A DNA stretch of 64,000 nt from Alkalispirochaeta sp. (GCA_965242725.1 CBDESZ010000023.1:8758-72757), one strand, 5' to 3'; numbered from the stretch's first letter, positions 39,920 through 50,286 are shown. The notes: generated by a model from the sequence alone, not told the origin. Program-made: numbers and translations.

Positions 39920-40987
39920 ATGTCTCGGGAAGAGCTGATTTACATACCGTTGGGAAACAGTGCGACAACCGTATATTTCACCGAGGTGGAAGATCTCGCA
40001 CAACCTCCTGCGAACGCCGATAACGCCGCCCTCGGCGGCAATGCCTCAGACGTCCTTATCTGTGACGCCAATACCGCACAAATAGATATTCCCTTCCCCC
40101 GGGATATGCGCCGAATCGTCGTGCCGCCGGGGGAGCGATGCAAGCAGGCCGACGTTCTTCTCTCCGTTATCGAAGGGCTGGTGGATTCCGGCCTCACCCG
40201 GGAAAGTACCGTGTATGCTCTCGGCGGCGGCGCACTCACCGACCTCGCGGCATTTGCCGCCAGTATTTACCTGAGGGGCGTCTCCTGTGTCCTTCTACCC
40301 ACCACCCTTCTCGCAATGGTCGACGCCGCGGTGGGCGGCAAAACGGGAATCGATTTCGGGGGATACAAGAATATGGCGGGAACCTTTGCCCCCGCACGGG
40401 AAGTACGAATCGCCCCGGTCGTCCTTGATACGCTTCCCCGCCGTGAGTACCTGAGCGGACTGGCGGAGGCGATCAAGGCCGGTTTTCTCGGCGACGGCGA
40501 GCTTGTCGCGTTTCTGGAAGACAACTCCCGCCGGGTCCTTGATCGGGAGCCGGCGGCGGTGCGGGAAGTCATCGCCCGGGCGGTGAAGTTCAAGGCGGGA
40601 GTTGTGGAGACTGATTTCACCGAACAGGGGACGCGTGCGATTCTCAACCTCGGCCATACTTTCGGACACGCTCTGGAATCATCCCTTGGATTGGGCGAGT
40701 GGACTCACGGTGAGGCAGTTGCATGGGGAATCGCCCGGGCGATGCGTGCCGGCGCCCATCTTGGTATTACCGATGCATCATGGGTGGAACGGGTCATCGC
40801 CCTTCTTGAACGGTACGGGTACGAAACGGGGCCGGCCCCCGTTGAACCCGGGAAAATTCTTGACGGTATGTACAGAGACAAGAAACGCAACAGCCGGGGG
40901 ATAACCTTCGTCCTCCAGAGAGGTCCCCAGGATACGATGCTGCAGGTACTGGAACCTGAACAGATTCTCGATATACTTGTAATGTAA
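39920..40987 (+). CDS. aroB: 3-dehydroquinate synthase
   Basis: Motifs LGGG, PTTLLAMVDAAVGGKTG, AEAIK, LNLGHTFGHA and HGEAV. Start position approximate. Confidence 0.95.
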   Translation: MSREELIYIPLGNSATTVYFTEVEDLAQPPANADNAALGGNASDVLICDANTAQIDIPFPRDMRRIVVPPGERCKQADVLLSVIEGLVDSGLTRESTVYALGGGALTDLAAFAASIYLRGVSCVLLPTTLLAMVDAAVGGKTGIDFGGYKNMAGTFAPAREVRIAPVVLDTLPRREYLSGLAEAIKAGFLGDGELVAFLEDNSRRVLDREPAAVREVIARAVKFKAGVVETDFTEQGTRAILNLGHTFGHALESSLGLGEWTHGEAVAWGIARAMRAGAHLGITDASWVERVIALLERYGYETGPAPVEPGKILDGMYRDKKRNSRGITFVLQRGPQDTMLQVLEPEQILDILVM

Positions 40988-41008
40988 TTCCGAACGATGG
41001 AGGATCCG

Positions 41009-42025
41009 ATGAAACAACGGATATTGGTATTGGCCGTGGCGGCTATGGTATTCCTGCCGTTTGCGGGCATTGCGTCCCAGGAAGTGATTTTTTCAACGAT
41101 GGATCGTTTTTCACCGGGCGATGCCGTCGCTGCGGACGGTTCATTCCAGGATACCTACATGGTCCGCGTTGAAGCGGGGACCACCGTGGAGGTGGTTGTA
41201 AGAAGCGACGACGTGGATACGTACATCGAAGCGATCATGCCGAACGGCGAGCGCGTCACAAACGATGACTACGACGGATACCATGCGGGATTTCTGAGGA
41301 TGATCACCACCACAGGGAGTCTGGAGTTCAGCGTGTCACCCCTCTTTGCCGGTGAGGAAGGGGAGTACCGCGTGACCGTGACGGAACTGGGAGCCGCCCA
41401 GGAGCTGGCACCGGGTGATACCATCGAGGGGAGCCTTGGAATGGGAAGCGGCGGAGGCTCCGTGGACCGGTATCAGCTCACCGGAAAAGCGGGACAGCGC
41501 GTTGTTATCGATCTGATGTCCGACGATTTCGACGCCTATTTGCGCGTCGTCGACGGTGACGGACGGGAGTTTTCCGACGATGACGGCGGATCCGACTATA
41601 ACAGCAGATTGGGGTATACCTTCGGGAGCGACGGGCAGATTCAGATAATCGCGTCATCAATCGGCGGCAGCGAAGGGGGAGCGTACACTCTATCCGTGGC
41701 GATGAGTGCCGAGGAAATGGTCGCCCAGTATGAAGGTGATTTACGCTTGGACGATACTCGCGGCTACGACGGTACCATTTACGATGTCTATGAATACGAC
41801 GGAGAAATGGGCCGCCGGGCGAGTTTTCTCGTGGAATCCGAGGATTTCGACTCGGTGGTCTATGTGAGCAATCCCGACGGCTCCAATCTTGGCCGTGACG
41901 ACGATGGGGGCGGCGGAACCAACAGCCGGCTCGACGTGACGTTCCCTGAGACGGGGACCTATACGATCTACGTCGTCTCCTTTTTTGAGGGAACGGGATC
42001 GTATCGACTCATAATTTATCGGTAA
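41009..42025 (+). CDS. Secreted protein with three PPC-like (pre-peptidase C-terminal) repeats
   Basis: Signal peptide and three units of 'D.Y...G...S.DFD.Y...(D/N)DD.GG..NSRL...G.Y.I'. GGAGG RBS. Confidence 0.82.
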   Translation: MKQRILVLAVAAMVFLPFAGIASQEVIFSTMDRFSPGDAVAADGSFQDTYMVRVEAGTTVEVVVRSDDVDTYIEAIMPNGERVTNDDYDGYHAGFLRMITTTGSLEFSVSPLFAGEEGEYRVTVTELGAAQELAPGDTIEGSLGMGSGGGSVDRYQLTGKAGQRVVIDLMSDDFDAYLRVVDGDGREFSDDDGGSDYNSRLGYTFGSDGQIQIIASSIGGSEGGAYTLSVAMSAEEMVAQYEGDLRLDDTRGYDGTIYDVYEYDGEMGRRASFLVESEDFDSVVYVSNPDGSNLGRDDDGGGGTNSRLDVTFPETGTYTIYVVSFFEGTGSYRLIIYR

Positions 42026-42049
42026 CCGTGCGACGTTGCCGGTGACGCG

Positions 42050-44635
42050 TTACTCGTCCATTTCCATAATGGTTATCAGCCGTCGATAGGATGATCCTAC
42101 GACGGCGGAGTACCCGTCTTTTCCGGCTTCGTCAAGCTCGTCTATGAGCTGTTCAAGGCTGCCGAGGCTCTCCTGGACGGCGTTGAAAAAATTGCGATTG
42201 GGTTTAAACCAGTACCGACCGTCACGGTGGGCGTACAGGGCAAGGAAGCCCAGCTGTTTTGTGTTCCGCTTGACCGGCGCCAGTTCCAGAATGTGCGACA
42301 GGGCGTTCACCAGGTCTGCGGCGCCTTCCGGAAGGGTGTAAGTGAGCTTTCCGCTCCAGTCCTTCATCACCGTCGGATCGGCGGACAGATGTCTACCCAC
42401 TCGAATGACCGTGGAAAGGCGCTCGCCGTTCATGAGGTTGTAGCCGTCGAGTTCCACCCGGGCACGGACCTTTCCGGCGTTGCCCGGAATCCGCGGCGCC
42501 TTGCCGTCCCTGTACAGTCGCGCCAGTTCCCGCCAGGGAAGCACGGCGATCTTTTTCTTTCCCTTGTAGGGGACCAGCGGAAAGGCGGCCCCTCCAATTT
42601 GAATCTGCCACGTCGTATCCCGCTGTTCCTGCGCTCCCTTGTCGCCTTCACCGGCGGCGTCCTTTTTCCGGCGTCCTCCCGACTGCGTTTTCCGAAGCTC
42701 GGCGTACAGATCCTCTGAAATAGCCCGCAACGCTTCCTTTCGGATGGGAGAGACGCTCCTCGCCCATGTTCGGCTCGTCCGTACGATCTCGCCGGCAACG
42801 ATAAACGGCGGTGTTTCGCGAAACATACCCGACCCGGGATGTATCTGGATTCGCTCTGCGGTGAGACTTTGATACACGCCCTTTCCGTTGTGAATACAGA
42901 CAAACTGAATGAGTCCGCGGCCGATCGCCGCGAGGTAATCCGTCCGGGAGCCTCCCGATGAAATGGGCACTCCCATATCACCGACGATCTCCGACAGTTG
43001 ATCGTTCACGTTACTGATTTCCGCCATTGTCCGCGGATCGAGATAGCGGCTGTCGCAGAACTTCTTCTTGTCCGGTGCGCTTCGGTATGCTTCAAAGAGG
43101 CGCAGATAACTGACGAAATCGCCAAGGTCGTCACGGTAATGGTGGTGAGCGCGACGGGCCTCGGTTTCTTCTCCGGGGGGAAGGACAAAGGGTGTCGGTG
43201 AGGTGAGAAAGGAGACGGCGATCAGGATCTCTTCAAGCACATGGGGGTACCGTTTAACCCCTTCCACGATAATCCGGGAATGTCGCGGCAGAAGAGGGAA
43301 TATCGCCATCATCTCACCGATGGAGGTGAGCTTCCGGTCTTCGTCAAGGGCGTCCAGGAGGCGCAGCGTCTCGATGGCACCAAGAATATTGCCCACCCCC
43401 GGGGAGGAAATGAAATCGAAACTTTCAAATTCGCTGATGCCCAGCTCGGCCATGCGCAGGACAACCTCGGAGAGATCGGTTCTGTAGATCTCGTCCTCCT
43501 GAAAGAGCGGTCGATCCTCAAAATCCTTCCTGCTGTACAGACGGTAGCAGCGTCCCGGCTGCGTGCGGCCCGCCCGCCCGCGGCGCTGATTGGCGCTCGC
43601 CTTTGAAATGGGACCTTCAATAAGTGCCGAGGTATAGGTGCGGGGATTGTAGAAGTTGGTCTTTGCAAGACCGCTGTCGATAACGACGGTAATTCCGTCG
43701 ATGGTGATACTCGTTTCGGCGATATTGGTGGCAAGGACGATTTTCGTCTTTCCCTGCGGGGGAGGGGGAAAGACCGCGTCCTGCTCTTCCTTGCTTAAAC
43801 GTCCGTAGAGAGGAAGAATGTACATGCGTGACCGCATGGGAAGGGCGTAGAGACGGGTCATGCAGTCCTTAATCATCTGTTCTCCCGAGAGAAAGACGAG
43901 AATATCACCGGCCACATCCTCTTCCAGCACTCTCCTGATAATCGCAACCACCCGGTCTATTCGCGCGTCATAGGCAAGAATCCGCTCGTCCCGCTGATTG
44001 ACGCGGTAACCTTTCCGTTCAGCCTCCTGGGCGGCCTGTTTCTTCACCTCCGATACTTTCGGATCATCATAGATTACCTGTACGGGATACATCGGCGTCT
44101 CGATGCGTACCACGGGACAGGAATCGAAGTACTGGCTGAAAATGTCGGCGTTGATCGTCGCGGAAGAAACGATGATATGGAGATCATCCCGGAGTTCCAG
44201 CGCCCGTTTGAGCAGACCCAGAACAAAATCGATATTCAGACTGCGTTCGTGCGCTTCGTCGACCATGATGACCGAATAGTCCTTCAAATACTGGTCGTTC
44301 TTGATCTCCTGGAGCAGGATCCCGTCGGTCATGATTTTAATGCGTGTTTCCTGAACCGTTTCGTCGTAGAAACGCATTTTATACCCGACAATGCCCGGTA
44401 TGGTGCTGTCGAGCTGGGCGGCGACGTAGGAACTGACCGATACCGCGGCGATGCGACGTGGCTGGGTGACGCCGATCACCCCGTCACGGGAGTATCCCGC
44501 CTCGTGCAGAATGATGGGCAGCTGCGTCGTCTTTCCGCTTCCCGTGGGGCTTTCCACGACGACGACACGGTGGGACTTCAGTGCTGTGAGGATGCGATCC
44601 CGCTGTTGATATACCGGTAGCTCTTTTGGATTCAT
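42050..44635 (-). CDS. hrpA: HrpA-like DEAH RNA helicase
   Basis: Motifs SPTGSGKTTQ, TQPRRIAA, DEAHERS, SAT, ATNIAETS and QRRGRAGR. Confidence 0.95.
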   Translation of the reverse strand: MNPKELPVYQQRDRILTALKSHRVVVVESPTGSGKTTQLPIILHEAGYSRDGVIGVTQPRRIAAVSVSSYVAAQLDSTIPGIVGYKMRFYDETVQETRIKIMTDGILLQEIKNDQYLKDYSVIMVDEAHERSLNIDFVLGLLKRALELRDDLHIIVSSATINADIFSQYFDSCPVVRIETPMYPVQVIYDDPKVSEVKKQAAQEAERKGYRVNQRDERILAYDARIDRVVAIIRRVLEEDVAGDILVFLSGEQMIKDCMTRLYALPMRSRMYILPLYGRLSKEEQDAVFPPPPQGKTKIVLATNIAETSITIDGITVVIDSGLAKTNFYNPRTYTSALIEGPISKASANQRRGRAGRTQPGRCYRLYSRKDFEDRPLFQEDEIYRTDLSEVVLRMAELGISEFESFDFISSPGVGNILGAIETLRLLDALDEDRKLTSIGEMMAIFPLLPRHSRIIVEGVKRYPHVLEEILIAVSFLTSPTPFVLPPGEETEARRAHHHYRDDLGDFVSYLRLFEAYRSAPDKKKFCDSRYLDPRTMAEISNVNDQLSEIVGDMGVPISSGGSRTDYLAAIGRGLIQFVCIHNGKGVYQSLTAERIQIHPGSGMFRETPPFIVAGEIVRTSRTWARSVSPIRKEALRAISEDLYAELRKTQSGGRRKKDAAGEGDKGAQEQRDTTWQIQIGGAAFPLVPYKGKKKIAVLPWRELARLYRDGKAPRIPGNAGKVRARVELDGYNLMNGERLSTVIRVGRHLSADPTVMKDWSGKLTYTLPEGAADLVNALSHILELAPVKRNTKQLGFLALYAHRDGRYWFKPNRNFFNAVQESLGSLEQLIDELDEAGKDGYSAVVGSSYRRLITIMEMDE

Positions 44636-45936
44636 GCCCCTATTGTAGCGACTACACCATTGATGTCCAGATCTTTCACATTTTCCCTGCTGCCGAGGAT
44701 GCGGAGGTTCACAGTTCCCGCCTCATATTCCACGCGGCCGCAGATGACGGCGTAGGGAATACCCTTCTTTTCTGCAAAAGCAAACTGTTGCCCAAGCTTT
44801 TTTGACTCCGGAAATACTTCACAGCGAAGACCCCGTCGTCGAAACTGTTCCGCCAGATAATGGTAGTGGGCTATCAGCGACTCATCCTGCATTGTAATGA
44901 GCACATCCGCGGAAGCTGTTGCCGAAGTGTCGTCGGAGAGTTCTTCCAGGGCGGCCAACAGGCGGTCGAGGCCGATCGAGGCACCGACTCCCGGCATCGC
45001 CTCCTTGCTGTACAAGCCGACAAGGTCGTCATAGCGTCCGCCGGAACAAACCGAGCCGATATTTTCCACGCCCTGCAGGAAGGTTTCAAAGACAATGCCC
45101 GTATAGTAGTCCAGGCCGCGGGTTATCGACGGATCGAGTTGAATATGTTGTGCCAGTCCAAGCTCGTCCACCGCTGCGGCGATCGATCGAAGGCGCCGGG
45201 TATCCTCGGAAGCACCTCCCGCCAGCGCTTCAAGGACGGTGATGATCTCCTCAGGCGTGCCCGTCGCCTCAATGAACTGCAGAATACCGTCGGCGACGAC
45301 GGGTCCCACCAGCTCCGCGAGCTGGCTCCGCGTCTTTTCTCGGCCGACTTTGCGGATCTTGTCCACACTTCGCAGGACCTCTTCGGTCCGGTGGGATACC
45401 CCGTTGTGGGCGAGAAAACGGTTGAAAACGCCCCTGTGGGAAATGTGAATAGTGATGCCCTCGACACCGAGCGCCCGGAATGCGGAGACGATCATGAGAA
45501 TGATCTCCAGATCAGCCGATTCCGCCGTCGTGCCGACGATATCAAAATCGCATTGAGTAAACTCCCGATATCGTCCGCGCTGCGTGTTTTCACCGCGAAA
45601 GACCTTTCCCACGTGGTATCGCTTGAATGGAAGGTAGAGTTCCGGTCTGTGGAGCGCCATGTACCGTGCAAAAGGGACGGTGAGGTCAAATCGCATCGCC
45701 ACGTCGCGGGAACCGTTATCGATAAAGCGGTACACCTGTTTGTCCGTTTCGCCGCCCCCCTTGCCGAGGAGGACTTCGGTATATTCCAGTACGGGCGTGT
45801 CTATGGGGACGAAGCCGAACGATGAAAAACAGTCTTCCAGAATACGCGTCAAATCGCGGCGGCGCATTTCCGCATCGGGAAGGAAATCTCTAAAACCTTT
45901 GAGGACTTTCGGTTCAATCTGCATGGGAATATTCAT
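44632..45936 (-). CDS. hisS: Histidine-tRNA ligase
   Basis: Motifs KGFRDFLP, RFDLTVP, GRYREFTQCDFD, RGLDYYTG and GGRYD. Confidence 0.97.
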   Translation of the reverse strand: MNIPMQIEPKVLKGFRDFLPDAEMRRRDLTRILEDCFSSFGFVPIDTPVLEYTEVLLGKGGGETDKQVYRFIDNGSRDVAMRFDLTVPFARYMALHRPELYLPFKRYHVGKVFRGENTQRGRYREFTQCDFDIVGTTAESADLEIILMIVSAFRALGVEGITIHISHRGVFNRFLAHNGVSHRTEEVLRSVDKIRKVGREKTRSQLAELVGPVVADGILQFIEATGTPEEIITVLEALAGGASEDTRRLRSIAAAVDELGLAQHIQLDPSITRGLDYYTGIVFETFLQGVENIGSVCSGGRYDDLVGLYSKEAMPGVGASIGLDRLLAALEELSDDTSATASADVLITMQDESLIAHYHYLAEQFRRRGLRCEVFPESKKLGQQFAFAEKKGIPYAVICGRVEYEAGTVNLRILGSRENVKDLDINGVVATIGA

Positions 45937-45997
45937 ATACTACTCGGGAAGGGACCGCAAGGCCGACGGCGGCCGTGAAATTTGTTAATTTCAACGT

Positions 45998-46453
45998 ATG
46001 ACCATTGCAGAACAACAGCGTGAGGAAGCACGAATCTACCGGGAAATGGTTCCCCGTATTGTCGAATCCCTTCTGACGGGAGAAGAACCCGTCGGAGCGT
46101 CACAGCGATTGGCGGAACAGTTCGAGATGGATCGCGCCCTTGTATACAAGTGGTTTCAGTTGACCGAAGCGGATCTCGAACGGCACCGGAAGAAATATGC
46201 CTGGCGGCATGTCATTCCCCTGTGGGTCGCCGCCGCGGGAATGGCGGCCCTCGTTGTTGCGGCCCTATCCGGTGTTCTCTCTCTGACCGGAGGGTGGCCT
46301 CCCTGGGCGCTCGGTTTTCTCGTCGTCGTGGAAGGAGCGATCGGTCTTCGCCTCTTCGGTCTGAAAAGAAGGGCCTATTACAGACGTCTCCGGAAACTCA
46401 GCTCCGATGAGGAAGTGGCGATAGGCGGTGACGGCACCACAAAAGAGACGTGA
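45998..46453 (+). CDS. Hypothetical membrane protein (2 TM)
   Basis: 151-aa ORF preceded by an extended -10 (TGtTAATTT). Two C-terminal hydrophobic helices. Confidence 0.7.
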   Translation: MTIAEQQREEARIYREMVPRIVESLLTGEEPVGASQRLAEQFEMDRALVYKWFQLTEADLERHRKKYAWRHVIPLWVAAAGMAALVVAALSGVLSLTGGWPPWALGFLVVVEGAIGLRLFGLKRRAYYRRLRKLSSDEEVAIGGDGTTKET

Positions 46454-46457
46454 TTTT

Positions 46458-46486
46458 TTTACATCGCCGGAATTTCCTGATATACT
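46458..46486 (+). promoter_or_regulatory. Near-consensus sigma70 promoter
   Basis: TTTACA-N17-TATACT with an extended TG at 46478-46479. Confidence 0.75.
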
Positions 46487-46491
46487 GTGAC

Positions 46492-46572
46492 TCTCAGAGT
46501 CGACATTTTTACCTGACGGAGAATGTCGGCGCCTAAGGAGGTAGCTGTCGGGTGGTCCCGACAGCTTTTTTT
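46492..46572 (+). ncRNA. Candidate small RNA or cis-regulatory leader of rnz
   Basis: Promoter, 12-bp hairpin (46499-46530), TAAGGAGGT linker, then a 10-bp terminator hairpin with a T-tract. Confidence 0.55.
46543..46572 (+). terminator. Intrinsic terminator
   Basis: AGCTGTCGGG-TGGT-CCCGACAGCT followed by TTTTTT. Confidence 0.85.
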
Positions 46573-46622
46573 ATCTTCCGCCTCGACTCTTGCCGTCGTC
46601 CAATGGTACATTTGCCGCTCTT

Positions 46623-47561
46623 ATGAACATGGAAGCTTTTGTACTCGGAACGGGTGGCGCCATGCCGTTGCCCAACCGTCATCTTACTTCCGTTCTCTTG
46701 CGCCGCGAAGGCGAGGTGTTTCTTTTTGACGCCGGTGAGGGAACTCAGGTGAGTCTTCGCGCATTGAATCTCAAGTGGAAAAAAATAAGCGCGATTCTTA
46801 TTTCCCACACCCACGCCGACCACGTCACCGGTCTTCCGGGAATGCTTATGCTCTCCAGCCAGGCTGATCGGCAGGATCCTCTGTACGTCATAGGCCCCCC
46901 GCGAATCCGCGAATACGTGGAGGCGAATCGGCGCGCCCTAGAAATGTATATCAATTACGAAATCCGTGTTGAAGAAATCGCCGATCCCTCTCTACCCCGG
47001 ATCGTCTTTGAAGGAAATGGATTCGCAATCCGATCCTTTCCGCTGCGCCACTCCCGGGTTTGTGTGGGGTACAGTCTGATCGAATCTCCCCGGCCCGGCG
47101 TCTTTTTCCCGGAGAAGGCCGACGCCCTTGGCGTCCCGCGCGGTCCCCTCTGGGCGCGGCTGCAGGCGGGTGAGACGGTACACCTTGAAGACGGGACGCC
47201 CGTCTCACCCGGGCAGGTTCTCGGTCCCGAGCGGCGGGGCCGAAAATTCAGTTATGTGACGGATACCCTTCCCCTCGACACCATTCCCGCCGAGGTTGCC
47301 GACTCCGATCTGTTGATCAGTGAGGGGATGTTTACGGAGGAGCACCGGGAGAGTGCCAGGGCAAAAAAACACATGACCGCCGGCGACGCGGCCAGGATTG
47401 CCCAACAGGCGGGCGGAGTCGAACGGATGGGATTGATCCACTACAGTCCACGATTCACCAACCGCCAACTGAAAGAACTCCTGAAGGAAGCGTCGTCCAT
47501 ATTCCCCCGCACTTTTCTCACCCGGGACCGCATGAATATCGATATTCCCTATCGGGATTGA
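46623..47561 (+). CDS. rnz: Ribonuclease Z
   Basis: LGTGG..P, FDAGEGTQ, SHTHADH..GLPG, exosite GVP.GP.W and IHYSPR. Confidence 0.95.
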   Translation: MNMEAFVLGTGGAMPLPNRHLTSVLLRREGEVFLFDAGEGTQVSLRALNLKWKKISAILISHTHADHVTGLPGMLMLSSQADRQDPLYVIGPPRIREYVEANRRALEMYINYEIRVEEIADPSLPRIVFEGNGFAIRSFPLRHSRVCVGYSLIESPRPGVFFPEKADALGVPRGPLWARLQAGETVHLEDGTPVSPGQVLGPERRGRKFSYVTDTLPLDTIPAEVADSDLLISEGMFTEEHRESARAKKHMTAGDAARIAQQAGGVERMGLIHYSPRFTNRQLKELLKEASSIFPRTFLTRDRMNIDIPYRD

Positions 47562-48652
47562 GACATGAGGTACTCCCGGTAGCGTTGCGGATCGGGAGAA
47601 AATCCGACGATTTTCCCGGACGACCTGGCGGCTCGTTTTGCGGCGGTCCTGCTTTCATTCAGCATTCGTTCACCGTTGACGAGTCGTCCGTTTCGTGCGG
47701 TTGCGCCGCAGTAAAAATCCGCCGTCGGCGCGTTCCATTCGATACGACGTTCCCAGTAATAGAGCTGAAAACGCTCGACCTGACCGAGCGCATCGGTAAG
47801 AGATGTGCCGGGAAAGACGGTCACGATTTCATTGCCGGGCAAGGGGAAACAGAGGTCCCTGAATCCGAAAAACTCCTCCACGGCACGGATATTTCTGTCG
47901 TTCCCTGCACCGTCGGAACCGGTAAAGACTAACGCCGCGACGGTGAGATCCTGGTCCTGATAGGCCGCGCGCTCCAGCTCGAGGGACAATTTATCCTTCA
48001 GCGCATCCAGGTGAGATCTGTTTAGCGTCCGATCAGGATCGGCGACGCTGATCTCCGACGTGACGACGGCGGGACCCTCGTGGTCCGGCGGCGTCGATCT
48101 CGACGCCCGTGATTTCGGCGGGATCATATGAACGAGGGCGATCGTCGTTACGACGGCAAGAAACCCGAGAATGGCGATCAGCGTCAACCGAAGGAGTGGA
48201 AAGACCGACCCGCCGTCGAGCACGGGAAATACCGCCGTGATAATGCGTTGATCACCGCCGGGAAGACGGAATGTGCGGCTGAACCGGCGGTGCACGATGT
48301 CATTCATCGTGATCGGCGGCGGAACCGCGAATGGCGTGTAATGCGGGTCCGACAGGAAACGCCCGTCCCGGGCCCACAGATAGTCGACACCAACGTCAAA
48401 GGAGTAGACGCCGATAACGAGCGGTTGCGGTGACGTCGACGCAAAGGCCGTCGCCAGACCCTGCGCAGCGTCGGGGAGGTCAAAGTCCGTCCAGCGCCGT
48501 TCCGCCGTGACGGCCAGTGAATTAAAAACGGTTCGTGCCCGTTCTTCATTGATTTCCCGGATCCGGACCAACTGGAAAAGGAAGATGACCGTTACTATCG
48601 CGAAGAAAAGGATCGTTCCGACGATGTACAACCGCCCATACTCTCGTTTCAT
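47549..48652 (-). CDS. Hypothetical 2-TM protein with a degenerate GGDEF-like C-terminal domain
   Basis: TM-periplasmic-TM layout, then 'L..ELERAA..DQDL...F.FRDL...G...RNGRL...E...A'. No GGDEF motif. Confidence 0.7.
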   Translation of the reverse strand: MKREYGRLYIVGTILFFAIVTVIFLFQLVRIREINEERARTVFNSLAVTAERRWTDFDLPDAAQGLATAFASTSPQPLVIGVYSFDVGVDYLWARDGRFLSDPHYTPFAVPPPITMNDIVHRRFSRTFRLPGGDQRIITAVFPVLDGGSVFPLLRLTLIAILGFLAVVTTIALVHMIPPKSRASRSTPPDHEGPAVVTSEISVADPDRTLNRSHLDALKDKLSLELERAAYQDQDLTVAALVFTGSDGAGNDRNIRAVEEFFGFRDLCFPLPGNEIVTVFPGTSLTDALGQVERFQLYYWERRIEWNAPTADFYCGATARNGRLVNGERMLNESRTAAKRAARSSGKIVGFSPDPQRYREYLMSQSR

Positions 48653-48659
48653 CTCAGTT

Positions 48660-50285
48660 TCAGTATCGGCTCAAACGGGAAAAAATGAAACCCCGCACCT
48701 TTCCGATAAGATCGACGACCCGCCGGTCCGGAGATCCGGAACTGTCTGTGATCGTTGAGAGAAGGGGAAGGTGTGCCCGCCCGTGAGCACCCAGCAGACC
48801 CATAATCAGAGGTGTTGCCTCATCACCGTGGCCGACGATCTTCCGTTCCAGACGATTGAGTTCTTCCACATGGTTTTCCCAGAATTTCCGGATATCCATT
48901 CCGGTGAAGCTTTGTGCGCGGTGAACGGTGCGTGCTCCGGCTGCGAGGATATCCGCGGTTCGCGTCTTCTGCGCCGCCATCCCCGGCATTTCAAATATCG
49001 GACCCTGATCGCCGTCGCGTGGTGATCTCAACGTAGCCGCCGGATAGACCTGATCGGAGAAGAAGGATTCCATCGGACGGAGTCGGGACGCCCTCATCTG
49101 CGCAAGGGTGTAGTGATAGGTTCCCCGGGCGTATGTTTTTCCCCGGGGATAGGAGAAATCCGCACCGATAACTTCCGCAACGGATCCTCCGTTTCGGAGT
49201 ACAAGCCGCAGCGCCGTTTCCGTAACGTTCCGGCTTCCCGGAACGAGGAGCATGGGAAGACCTTCCGCTGCGAGGAGCGTGTGCAGGGGATGGGCGCTGC
49301 CGAGAGGAACGAATACCTTCCCGCATGCGGGCAGGGACGGGGTGACTCCCCAATCGCCCCAGACCACCGGCACGGCCGCAGGGAGCGCACGAAAGTGGAG
49401 AGGACTCCATCCCTGGGGATCAAGGGTAACCACACCGGTGAAGCTGCACCGCCGTCGTATCAGCGCGGGGAGTGCGGTGTCAACGACAATGTTGTTCAGC
49501 CCGTCCGCAACGCATCGCCCGGCGGTGGACGAGCGCCGGAGAAATGTGTCAAGGGAAGGTCCGGCAGCAAGAATGCGATTTGGTCTCGACCGCACGACTT
49601 CGGCGGTACGGGAAACCGCCTCTTCCGCCTTTTGCAGGTTGACCCTGAGGGTGTTTTCCACCGTGTGGGTAAACCATGCGCGGCTGTAACGGCGGATCGC
49701 CGCGTGTTCTCCGGCGATTTCCCGCATCGTCCGGGAGACAACATTTCGGAGGGATTGAAAATGGGGCGCCTGTTCCGGTCTATCGGCCCACGGCCGGAGC
49801 TCATAGACGGACAGGCCGTCCCGAATCGCCGGCTGGTGGTGAGTTGTAATGAGACGCTGGAGTGTTTCCTCGTCCGTCGCGATATAGAGTCGATCCGTCC
49901 CAAAAGAAGCGGCCAGATCTATCTCCTCCAGTACCGTACGGACCGTAGGGTACCCCTGTTCGGCGACAATGACCGTTGCAGATGGGAATCGCCTGAGGTA
50001 TTCCCGGGGAACAAACATGGCGCCCATACCGAGAACCACTAGCGTCGCGGACGCACCGATAGCGTCGATCGCCCGTCGCGCCTCGTCAACGGGACGGTAT
50101 CGGGAGTGAATCTGTAGAGGCTGTGCGGCGGAGTTTCCCGTAGTCGCGAGGGAGGGTGATCCGTCACGGGCCGTCTGGGGAAAGATGGCGTCATTGCGGC
50201 GTGCAGAGGCGACACGCTCTGCCACGTCGGGCTGACGGAGCGACAGGGCGATGATGTTGTTCCTGAGTAGATCGGAGGGTCTCAC
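48660..50285 (-). CDS. Maf/MptE-like (DUF115) protein
   Basis: 'IHSRYRP..EA', 'AAGPSL', 'VDTALP', 'LDPQ', 'NVT' and 'GADFSY'. Confidence 0.8.
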   Translation of the reverse strand: MRPSDLLRNNIIALSLRQPDVAERVASARRNDAIFPQTARDGSPSLATTGNSAAQPLQIHSRYRPVDEARRAIDAIGASATLVVLGMGAMFVPREYLRRFPSATVIVAEQGYPTVRTVLEEIDLAASFGTDRLYIATDEETLQRLITTHHQPAIRDGLSVYELRPWADRPEQAPHFQSLRNVVSRTMREIAGEHAAIRRYSRAWFTHTVENTLRVNLQKAEEAVSRTAEVVRSRPNRILAAGPSLDTFLRRSSTAGRCVADGLNNIVVDTALPALIRRRCSFTGVVTLDPQGWSPLHFRALPAAVPVVWGDWGVTPSLPACGKVFVPLGSAHPLHTLLAAEGLPMLLVPGSRNVTETALRLVLRNGGSVAEVIGADFSYPRGKTYARGTYHYTLAQMRASRLRPMESFFSDQVYPAATLRSPRDGDQGPIFEMPGMAAQKTRTADILAAGARTVHRAQSFTGMDIRKFWENHVEELNRLERKIVGHGDEATPLIMGLLGAHGRAHLPLLSTITDSSGSPDRRVVDLIGKVRGFIFSRLSRY

Positions 50286-50286
50286 A

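Noticed and set aside
46491..46545. Glycine riboswitch (CTCTCAG, GGAGA and CGCC.AAGGAG fragments)
   Set aside because: The fragments are in the wrong order, the P1-P3 architecture cannot be built, and the downstream gene is unrelated to glycine.
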